Below, one piece after another: positions 1 to 7,210 of a DNA stretch of 54,217 bases. Position numbers and translations under genes: made by a program. The stretch is from IMG/VR virus record IMGVR_UViG_3300014050_000030, positions 1 through 54,217 of that record; one strand, written 5' to 3'. The notes beneath the pieces are model-generated. The model had not been told where the DNA came from. It saw only the letters and a list, made by a program, of their open reading frames with translations, and searched no databases. Each line of letters starts with the position of its first letter. Positions within the stretch are counted from its first letter, which is position 1. Source of the stretch: a virus (Duplodnaviria > Caudoviricetes).

Positions 1-72
1 GGCTCAGGGCTATCTGATAAGTCGGGGGCTCAGGGCTATCTGATAAGTCGGGGGCTCAGGGCTATCTGATAA
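1..72. repeat. 26-bp perfect tandem repeat (about 2.8 copies; may continue left of the window)
   Basis: Unit GGCTCAGGGCTATCTGATAAGTCGGG at 1-26 and 27-52, partial at 53-72; no spacers. Confidence 0.95.
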
Positions 73-161
73 CAGGCAGGCACAGGGCAGGCACACGCAT
101 TACCTACGCCTATTGGTGGCTCTACTTATTAGTAGGTGAAATCACCAAAGCGCCATTATTT

Positions 162-190
162 TAGCCGACTAGGACTCGGGCTGTTAGGCT
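162..190 (+). promoter_or_regulatory. Putative sigma70-type promoter with extended -10 for the left-arm operon
   Basis: TAGCCG (162-167), 17 nt, TAGGCT (185-190) preceded by TG-n; upstream of the AAA gene. Confidence 0.35.
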
Positions 191-302
191 TGGGGCAACG
201 GCAAGAGCGAGAGAGTGACCCCCCGAATTACATGGTTCGGGAATAATGGATTATTCTCTGCTGTTGTCACTACCGACAAGTCCTAGAAAGGGGCATAACG
301 CT

Positions 303-1631
303 ATGAGCGTAGCACTACTGATTGAGTCCGTTGTTGAGGGTGGCAAAATGCAGTCCCTCGTCACGGAGTACGGCAATTTCCACCGCACTTCCACAGGTGC
401 TCGTGGTCGCGGCGAGGCATGGAAGGCAGGCAACCATTCAGGCGCAAATCCTTCCGTGTCCAAGATTGTGGGCATGACCGTCCAGCCTGCTGACGAGCGC
501 GACTTGCGTATCGGCAAGGTCACAGGTCTTGCCACCAAGTTGGTCGGCATGGAGCCGACCATGGACACCTATCCTGAGGGCTTTGCTCGCCACCTGAACG
601 CAGTCCACAATTTGACTGAGGCGGTCAAGTCGCAGTCACAGGACTTGGTGGCTCCCTACTTCCGCTCTATGGTCTTGTTCGGTGGAGCGCAAACCATTCA
701 GGCGCAAATTATTCCTGCTCCTGTCATGGAGTCCGTATCCGTGGAGCGTCCTGTCATGGTCGGCGCTGCTCCTGTCATGGAGTTGGCAACCGTTCCACCG
801 ATTGAGATTGCCGACAGTTACATTCAGCGCAAGGTGGTCGGCAAAATCACGGAGTTTGATATTTACGATGTAGCCATGCGCGACAATAAAAATATCCTTA
901 TCAAGGGTCACGCAGGGTCGGGCAAGACCATGAGCGTTGTCGCCTACGCTGCCAAGCGTGGCTACCGCTACTACAACATCTCGTCCCACGCAGGCGTGGA
1001 TACCACGCAGTTGTTCGGCAAGTGGAACCCACAACCTGACGGCTCGCTTCGGTGGGTGGACGGCGCGGTCACTCACCTTGTCCGTAATGGCGGAGTGCTC
1101 CTTATCAACGAAATCAACTTCTTGCCTGAGCGAATTTCCACGGCGTTGTTCTCGCTCTTGGACGACAGGCGCGAAATCCAACTTGCCGACAAGGACGGCG
1201 AGGTAATCAAGGCTCACCCTGAGTTGCTTATCTTGGGTGACATGAACCCGAACTACCGTGGCACTCGCCCACTCAACCAAGCGTGGTCTGACCGCTTCGC
1301 TCTCGTCTTGGAGTTCCCATATGACCCAAGCATTGAGGCGAAACTAATCAAGAACAAGGCGGTCTTGGACTTGGCTGCCAAGTTGCGCCAGCAGTTTGAC
1401 AATGACGAATTGGAAACCCCGATTTCCACTCGCGGTCTTGTTGCCTTCCAGCACAGCATGGCGACTCTTGGATACGACTTCGCGGTCTATTCCTACCTGA
1501 ATAAATTCGCTCCGCATGAGCAACAGGCGGTCAAGTTGGTCTTTGACACCTACGCCGAAAACATCAAGCAGAACGCGACTGAGTTCGCCAGCGTGGACAC
1601 CTACGCCGACATGACTGAGGAAGGGCTCTGA
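303..1631 (+). CDS. MoxR-type AAA+ ATPase (CbbQ/NorQ/CobS-like)
   Basis: Walker A GHAGSGKT, Walker B-like VLLINEIN, MNP.Y.GT.PLN.A..DRF sensor/R-finger; start moved to ATG 303 after AAAGGGG RBS. Confidence 0.9.
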   Translation: MSVALLIESVVEGGKMQSLVTEYGNFHRTSTGARGRGEAWKAGNHSGANPSVSKIVGMTVQPADERDLRIGKVTGLATKLVGMEPTMDTYPEGFARHLNAVHNLTEAVKSQSQDLVAPYFRSMVLFGGAQTIQAQIIPAPVMESVSVERPVMVGAAPVMELATVPPIEIADSYIQRKVVGKITEFDIYDVAMRDNKNILIKGHAGSGKTMSVVAYAAKRGYRYYNISSHAGVDTTQLFGKWNPQPDGSLRWVDGAVTHLVRNGGVLLINEINFLPERISTALFSLLDDRREIQLADKDGEVIKAHPELLILGDMNPNYRGTRPLNQAWSDRFALVLEFPYDPSIEAKLIKNKAVLDLAAKLRQQFDNDELETPISTRGLVAFQHSMATLGYDFAVYSYLNKFAPHEQQAVKLVFDTYAENIKQNATEFASVDTYADMTEEGL

Positions 1632-1633
1632 GC

Positions 1634-3607
1634 ATGGGCAAAAAATACACCAATGACGCTCGTGAGCGTTACTACCAAACCTACAACAACGCACGAATTC
1701 AGGCGCAGAACGAGGGCGTGGAATTTGTGGAGCCGTCCTTCGCGGATACGACTAAGACGCTCTTGGAAGTGGATACACTTGCCAGCGTGTATTCGCTCAC
1801 GGACAAGGTGCTCACCAAGAGCAACCCGACTGTGTACCTGACCGACTCTACTGAATTGACTGTGCCTGCCATGAATGACGGCAAGGACATTTTCATCAGC
1901 ACTAGAGGCTATGGTGACCGCGTTAATAATATGGACATTGCAATGTTCCACGGACTCAATTACCACGAGGTCGCCCACCTGCTCTACTCGCCGCGTCAAG
2001 GTGCTGAGTTGGGCAAGTGGCTCAAGGATAATGACGACTACCTTCGGGCTTTTAATATCCTTGAGGACGGACGCATTGAGGTTCTGCTCACCCACAAGCA
2101 CCCTTCGGTCATTCCGTTCCTGACCAATGCCGTGGTCAAACAATTAGTAAAAAATATTGAGCCCGAAAACTTTGTAATCACTCGTGGTCGGCGCTACCTG
2201 CCCATTGAGGTTCGGCGGTTGTTCGCAGGGCTCGCGGTGCAGAAGTTCGGCAAGGACAAGGTTCGCGCTCTTGCCGATTGCATTGACGAATTCCGCCTGC
2301 TTAATATTTTCCAGCAGCCCGACAAGGCTAAGGAAATTATTATCAGGTTCGCCAGCCTCATTGAGGACATGACACCGCCAGCCAGCCCGAACGGTTGCGG
2401 CAAGCCTGTCAAAGATGAATGGGGCAGGACTAGGGAGAAGGCGCGTCCTGTGATGAAGGCAGGTCGCACCGAAACACCCAAGAACATTCAGGAGTTGCTT
2501 GACCAAATCACCAAGAGCGACAGCAACGCTGAGGACTTGGAAAACCTAGAGGGTTGGGACAAGCCTGAGGACGGCGAGCAGCAGGACGGCGAGCAGCAGG
2601 ACGGCGAGCAGCAGGACGGCAAGCAGCAGTCGCAGCAGGAAGGCAGCACCCAACGCGAGCGCGAGCGTCAAATCATGGAGCAAAGCGTCAGCAATGCTGA
2701 GGGCGACCAAAGCATTAGCAACGAGGTCAGCCGTGTACGCAAGGTTGTGCGCGAGTCTGTCGGCAAGGCGGTGGTGAATAATATCAAGAAAAACAATTCG
2801 CCCACCTTCCCTGTGCAGCAGACAGCACGAGTCTCCGCTATCAAGTTCGCTCGTGAGTTGGAGCAGTTGCAGCAGCAGACAGACCCCTCGTGGGTTGTGG
2901 AGCAGCCAAGCGGTCGCGTCAATATCCAGCGATACATGAGGCGCGACCCTAACGGTCTTAATAAAATCTTTGACCGTTGGAGCGAGGGTAATTATTCCCA
3001 CGAGATTGAGTCAGTCGTCTTGACCGACTGTTCGGGTAGCATGGGTTCGGTCATGCAGCAGGCTAACGAGGCGACTTGGATTATCAAGCGAGCGTTGGAG
3101 TCCATTCAGGGCAGCGTCACTTCCTACGCATTTAATGAAAGCCCGAAACTAATTTACACGGCTGACGAGCGCACTAGTGCTAATGCATATCGCAACCCAC
3201 AATCCAGCGGTGGCACTAATCCGCTTGACTGTCTGCTTGCAGCGCAGCGTATTTTCATGGGCTCGCAAAAGACCACGAAACTATTATTCATGGTCACGGA
3301 CGGCATGTGGAGCAACGCGCAGCAATGCGACAGCCTGCTCCGTGAAATGGAAAAAGAAGGCGTTGTCACTATCCTGATTTACTTGGGCAACCCTTATTGG
3401 CGGCGTGGGCAGAACGGCAGCCCAATAAATATCAAAAGCAGTTGGTACGACTATTGCACCGACCCTGCTGACCGCGAGAAGGCATATGCCTACTCCATGA
3501 AAAATGAATTCCATGACGCGCAGATTAAGCACTACCTGACTGACGCTAAGGATATTGTGGAAGTGGCTAAGGCAGTTGCCAATACGCAGATTAAGGCGGC
3601 GATGTAA
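1634..3607 (+). CDS. vWA-domain partner of the MoxR ATPase, with N-terminal HExxH region (CobT-like architecture)
   Basis: HEVAH, NILEDGRIE, acidic linker, MIDAS DCSGS, GGT and TDG motifs. Confidence 0.85.
   Translation: MGKKYTNDARERYYQTYNNARIQAQNEGVEFVEPSFADTTKTLLEVDTLASVYSLTDKVLTKSNPTVYLTDSTELTVPAMNDGKDIFISTRGYGDRVNNMDIAMFHGLNYHEVAHLLYSPRQGAELGKWLKDNDDYLRAFNILEDGRIEVLLTHKHPSVIPFLTNAVVKQLVKNIEPENFVITRGRRYLPIEVRRLFAGLAVQKFGKDKVRALADCIDEFRLLNIFQQPDKAKEIIIRFASLIEDMTPPASPNGCGKPVKDEWGRTREKARPVMKAGRTETPKNIQELLDQITKSDSNAEDLENLEGWDKPEDGEQQDGEQQDGEQQDGKQQSQQEGSTQRERERQIMEQSVSNAEGDQSISNEVSRVRKVVRESVGKAVVNNIKKNNSPTFPVQQTARVSAIKFARELEQLQQQTDPSWVVEQPSGRVNIQRYMRRDPNGLNKIFDRWSEGNYSHEIESVVLTDCSGSMGSVMQQANEATWIIKRALESIQGSVTSYAFNESPKLIYTADERTSANAYRNPQSSGGTNPLDCLLAAQRIFMGSQKTTKLLFMVTDGMWSNAQQCDSLLREMEKEGVVTILIYLGNPYWRRGQNGSPINIKSSWYDYCTDPADREKAYAYSMKNEFHDAQIKHYLTDAKDIVEVAKAVANTQIKAAM
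2570..2629 (+). repeat. In-frame 15-bp tandem repeat x4 encoding DGEQQ
   Basis: GACGGCGAGCAGCAG x3 plus GACGGCAAGCAGCAG. Confidence 0.95.
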
Positions 3608-3924
3608 TGGCTACGAGCAAGCCTTCGGGCAGCACACGGCAGGGTATTCCCAACGATGATTTAATGTGGAATGTCAAGACACCAAAGTTTGACAACCCTG
3701 TCTGTGCTGACCCAACCATTGACCCCGAAATATTTTTTCCAATTAGTACGCAACCTAAATACGCAGAGCCAGCCAAGCAGGTGTGCCGTTCATGCCCTGA
3801 GGTGATGAAGTGCGCTGAGTTCGCCATGTCCGACCTGCGTATTCAGGGGGTGTGGGGTGCGCTCACTTGGGAGCAGCGTAAAGATTTAAATAGGCAAATT
3901 AAATTACAGAATGGGGATAAATAA
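3607..3924 (+). CDS. whiB: WhiB-family Fe-S transcription factor
   Basis: C...DPEIFFP...AKQVCRSCP...C...GVWGA. Confidence 0.93.
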   Translation: MATSKPSGSTRQGIPNDDLMWNVKTPKFDNPVCADPTIDPEIFFPISTQPKYAEPAKQVCRSCPEVMKCAEFAMSDLRIQGVWGALTWEQRKDLNRQIKLQNGDK

Positions 3925-4067
3925 TGTCTGCCTATTGGACTGACCACCTAGCCCACACTCTAAGCATTTCACAGCGGGTGGACGAGGACGGCAGAGCGGC
4001 GTATCAAATGTGGTGTACGGATTGCGATGTGTTGCTCTCTGATAATGAAGGTGAATTAAATTGGTGA
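3924..4067 (+). CDS. Small hypothetical protein (47 aa, CxxC), not in ORF track
   Basis: MSAYWTDHLAH...MWCTDCDVLL...; TAATG and GTGA coupling on both sides. Confidence 0.6.
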   Translation: MSAYWTDHLAHTLSISQRVDEDGRAAYQMWCTDCDVLLSDNEGELNW

Positions 4068-4489
4068 ACACATTCCTGCCCTATGAAAGTTACAAGCAGT
4101 CGGCAGCCGTCTTGGACATGAGGCGGTTGGGCAAGCAGCGCGTAGAGGCTTATCAAATTCTGCGAGCGTTGTCGGGCTTGAGCAAGGGGTGGGTCAATCA
4201 CCCCTGCTCAAATATTTGGCGTGGGTATGAGCCAGCCCTCGCACAGTACGCGCTAGTTGTTTGTGTTGAGTGGCGCAAGCGTGGCTACCAAGATACCGTG
4301 TACGACAAGGTGCGAGCCATGTACCCTGAGGTGTCGGAGCACTTCGCCTCGTCCGTCCGTCCACCAATCATCGGACGCGAGGACTTTCACCTGTCCCACA
4401 GGAGCAATTTGCTTCGCAAGGACTTTATGCATTATTCTCAATTTGACGGCTTTGACATAGGTGCAGACCTGCCCTATGTGTGGGTATGA
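4064..4489 (+). CDS. MSMEG_6728 family / pyrimidine dimer DNA glycosylase-like protein
   Basis: MNTFLPY...LD..RLGKQRVEA.QIL, W.NHP...W.GY, H.SH.SNLLRKD, LPYVW. Confidence 0.85.
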   Translation: MNTFLPYESYKQSAAVLDMRRLGKQRVEAYQILRALSGLSKGWVNHPCSNIWRGYEPALAQYALVVCVEWRKRGYQDTVYDKVRAMYPEVSEHFASSVRPPIIGREDFHLSHRSNLLRKDFMHYSQFDGFDIGADLPYVWV

Positions 4490-4503
4490 AAGGGGAAAGA
4501 CCA

Positions 4504-4656
4504 ATGGATATGCCAACCGATTACCTGCCGTATGACGGCGAGGCTTGTAATGTCTGCGAGCGAGAGGCGACTCGTATCGTCTTGTTTGAGAATTCGCAAA
4601 TGGCTTTGTGCCGTAGTTGCAATGGTAAAGATGTCTATGAGAGAGAGGGTTACTGA
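4504..4656 (+). CDS. Small Zn-finger-like protein (CxxC...CxxC), not in ORF track
   Basis: MDMPTDYLPYDGEACNVCE...MALCRSCNGK...; AAAGGGG RBS; TGATG coupling. Confidence 0.55.
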   Translation: MDMPTDYLPYDGEACNVCEREATRIVLFENSQMALCRSCNGKDVYEREGY

Positions 4657-4880
4657 TGAAAATTGTTCGGCAGTATGTCAAGGAGTACGACATTCAGGCG
4701 CACATAAATGTGGACGATGAATGGGTTGCTGAGTTTGTAAAGAAGTACGCTGCGGAAGCAGGAGAGGAACCGTCCATCAGCGAAATTTATGACGCTGCTT
4801 TGGAAAGTGATTTATTCACAGAGGAAATTGACTTTGAGGAAATTGGGGACGAGCGAGCCGTAGAAACTTGGAGAGACTAA
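4656..4880 (+). CDS. Hypothetical acidic protein
   Basis: Coupled ORF in operon. Confidence 0.65.
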   Translation: MKIVRQYVKEYDIQAHINVDDEWVAEFVKKYAAEAGEEPSISEIYDAALESDLFTEEIDFEEIGDERAVETWRD

Positions 4881-4882
4881 TT

Positions 4883-5077
4883 ATGGACGAGGAAACTTAT
4901 TGGAAAGTAAAAGCCGATGCCGACATGGACGCATGGGCTGAAATGGAGTGCGAGAGTTGCAACGGCACTAATGCCGACCACGAGGAACAATGTGAGGAAT
5001 GGGAGTGCCGCGATTGCGGTGCTTCTTACCCTGACCAGCACGAGAATAACTGCGACTACATGAAAGACGAGGACTGA
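4883..5077 (+). CDS. Small Cys/His-rich protein with two CxxC...H...C repeats
   Basis: CESCNG...HEEQC and CRDCGA...HENNC; GGAG RBS. Confidence 0.65.
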   Translation: MDEETYWKVKADADMDAWAEMECESCNGTNADHEEQCEEWECRDCGASYPDQHENNCDYMKDED

Positions 5078-5078
5078 C

Positions 5079-5561
5079 ATGGGTTTGGATATGTATTTAT
5101 CGGTAGGTAAATCTATTTCAGGCGAGCATTATTCTCCTGAAGCGGAGAGAGATTATTACGAGGGGCTAGTCTCTGTGGGAAAAGCGTCATTTATGAAAGG
5201 GCTCCCGCATTGCTCAAAACTTGCCCATGTGGAGTTACAAGTCGGTTATTGGCGAAAGGCTAATGCTATCCACTCGTATTTTGTAAACTCTGCCCAAGAC
5301 GGCGTTGATGATTGCCGTAGGTCTTATGTGCCGCGAGATACGATGAGAGAACTTGTAGATTTTTGCAAAGAGATTATTGACAGCAATTTTGACGCTGATA
5401 AATGCAATGAGTTGCTGCCGCCGTGCGAGGGCTTCTTCTTCGGCTCTAATGAAATTGACGAGTGGTATCAAGAAAACATAATTTACACCTACGATACGCT
5501 CAATTATCTTTTATCAGCCGTCCCCGATGAATGGTCGTTTTATTACCAAGCAAGTTGGTAA
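5079..5561 (+). CDS. Conserved phage protein of MGLDMYL / YWRKANAIH type, function unknown
   Basis: MGLDMYL, YWRKANAIH, GFFFGS, YYQASW motifs. Confidence 0.8.
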   Translation: MGLDMYLSVGKSISGEHYSPEAERDYYEGLVSVGKASFMKGLPHCSKLAHVELQVGYWRKANAIHSYFVNSAQDGVDDCRRSYVPRDTMRELVDFCKEIIDSNFDADKCNELLPPCEGFFFGSNEIDEWYQENIIYTYDTLNYLLSAVPDEWSFYYQASW

Positions 5562-5563
5562 TA

Positions 5564-5770
5564 ATGGGCTCAAAGAAATTTGAGTGCGATAACAAGTCTT
5601 GCTACAAGACACCCGTAATCAGAGGGGAGCCCTCACCCTTCGGGTACTGCATGACCCACGACCACAAATTATGCAAAAAGCAGTTTAAGTATTATGATAA
5701 AACCTTCACCTGCTCTTGCACCTGCCACGAGAAAGACCCCGATGAAAGAGATACAAAACCCCTGCCCTAA
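5564..5770 (+). CDS. Small Cys-rich hypothetical protein
   Basis: GYC...H..C...CSCTCH. Confidence 0.6.
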   Translation: MGSKKFECDNKSCYKTPVIRGEPSPFGYCMTHDHKLCKKQFKYYDKTFTCSCTCHEKDPDERDTKPLP

Positions 5771-5897
5771 CCTTCTTAGGTACGAGGGCAAGAAAGTTCA
5801 GCATGAACGCGGTACAAAATACGGTAATTGCAGTCAATGTGACGCATACAACCGCCGACTAGATAGGAGAGCAAATAGTGGGAAAGCATTTAGATAA
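5742..5897 (+). CDS. Small hypothetical protein (C..H..CxxC)
   Basis: Fills gap in operon; overlaps both neighbours. Confidence 0.45.
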   Translation: MKEIQNPCPNLLRYEGKKVQHERGTKYGNCSQCDAYNRRLDRRANSGKAFR

Positions 5898-6015
5898 AAT
5901 TTTAAAGGCGCTAGAAATTCGCAGACGCAATGCGCCCGACAAGAGAGGCTTCCACAAGCCGGGGTCTATGAACAAGAAAAAGACAGGCTATGCAAGCAGA
6001 GGAAAGAAGCGATGA
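5878..6015 (+). CDS. Small basic protein (45 aa), not in ORF track
   Basis: GTG start after AGGAGAG; MGKHLDKILKALEIRRR...FHKPGSMNKKK; ATGA overlap with next gene. Confidence 0.65.
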   Translation: MGKHLDKILKALEIRRRNAPDKRGFHKPGSMNKKKTGYASRGKKR

Positions 6016-6590
6016 CAGAGCCGTGGTTTGAGGGGGAGTTCCCTAATTGGTTTGAGGTCACAGGAGAGAGATTGTTTGAGACTCATGTGCCTAAGGACAA
6101 GCCGTTGAGAGTTTTGCAAATTGGCGCGTTCACAGGAGACGCTACAGAATGGTTGCTAAAAAATAGAGAGATTATTTGCGTACACGATGTGGACACATGG
6201 GAAGGCAGCGAAGAAGAGGCCCACGACGGCCTTGACTTCCAAAAAGTGGAAGCGCATTACGATAATAGATTTGAGAAAGAGAGACGCGTCACTAAATATA
6301 AAATGACCAGCGATGCGTTCTTTGCTCTTGAGGCTCCTAAGCATGGAGAGTTGTACGACTTTATTTATATTGACGGCGACCACACCGCCACGCAAGTTGC
6401 CATTGACGGATTTAATGCCTTCCGTTGGGTAAAGCAAGGCGGGCTGATAGCCTTTGACGATTTCACATGGAGCACAGGATTAGGAGAGTTTTATGAACCC
6501 GCCCTCGGAATTAGGTGCGTTTTGACAGTTTGGGAGAATAAGTATAAAATCGTGGAAGCAAGTTCACAAGTATGGGTAGAGAGGTTCTAA
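6012..6590 (+). CDS. Class I SAM-dependent methyltransferase (Methyltransf_24-like)
   Basis: LQIGAFTG, DVDTW.GS, YDFIYIDGDH, GGLIAFDD. Confidence 0.88.
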   Translation: MTEPWFEGEFPNWFEVTGERLFETHVPKDKPLRVLQIGAFTGDATEWLLKNREIICVHDVDTWEGSEEEAHDGLDFQKVEAHYDNRFEKERRVTKYKMTSDAFFALEAPKHGELYDFIYIDGDHTATQVAIDGFNAFRWVKQGGLIAFDDFTWSTGLGEFYEPALGIRCVLTVWENKYKIVEASSQVWVERF

Positions 6591-6889
6591 TGGACAAAGA
6601 CAGAGCAGAGTCGCTCAAAGATATAATTGCAAGACTTGATAAGACTTTTGGCAAGAGAGCAAACTCTACGCCAGCCCCGACTGTAGAGGAAATAAGAGCA
6701 AGACAGCGTAGAATTGAGGCTGAAGACTTTTACACTTGGCTTAGTAAGGGCAAGGCAAGAGGTTGGGTTACTGACTCGTTTTGTAACACCCATGACGGCG
6801 ACCCGTACATGACACCTGAAGAAGAAAAAGAGTGGGACGAAGGCGGCGACCCTTGCATGGTTGTCATCAAAGTTCTGTTCGGACAATGA
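6590..6889 (+). CDS. Hypothetical protein
   Basis: Coupled ORF; W...FCNTHDG...GGDPC. Confidence 0.7.
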   Translation: MDKDRAESLKDIIARLDKTFGKRANSTPAPTVEEIRARQRRIEAEDFYTWLSKGKARGWVTDSFCNTHDGDPYMTPEEEKEWDEGGDPCMVVIKVLFGQ

Positions 6890-6899
6890 GGAGAATAAA

Positions 6900-7139
6900 A
6901 TGGCAAATAAAGCGGTAACCAATCCCTGTTCAGGCGGTGGCAAGAAGCCTGAGGGAGTCGTAATTCCATTGGGCAGCAAGTCTGTGGCACAATGCTCTGA
7001 CTGCGCTCAAACAATTACGGTTAATAAAGCCAACGGAATGTTCCGTAGGCATAATGCTGCATTTGAAGTTCAGCCCGTTGTCCAGCAGGACAGCGGACTC
7101 GGTGAACCCGCGTTGGCTGAGGCGACAGCAGCAAACTAG
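6900..7139 (+). CDS. Hypothetical Zn-ribbon-like protein
   Basis: GAGGAG RBS; C.G.G...CSDC...H. Confidence 0.65.
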   Translation: MANKAVTNPCSGGGKKPEGVVIPLGSKSVAQCSDCAQTITVNKANGMFRRHNAAFEVQPVVQQDSGLGEPALAEATAAN

Positions 7140-7164
7140 AAAAAGCAAACTATAAAAGCGCAAG

Positions 7165-7204
7165 AACAAATAGCCCCCTGCCAATCAGCAGGGGGCTATT
7201 TGTT
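7165..7204. terminator. Bidirectional intrinsic terminator at the convergence point
   Basis: 17-bp perfect stem AACAAATAGCCCCCTGC-caatca-GCAGGGGGCTATTTGTT between convergent genes. Confidence 0.9.
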
Positions 7205-7210
7205 TATCTA

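Noticed and set aside
1-72. CRISPR array
   Set aside because: The repeats are directly adjacent with no unique spacers
303-3607. Cobalamin biosynthesis (cobS/cobT cobaltochelatase) supporting the B12-dependent RNR
   Set aside because: No cobN or other cob genes are present; MoxR/vWA pairs are generic in phages, so a metabolic role is not supported
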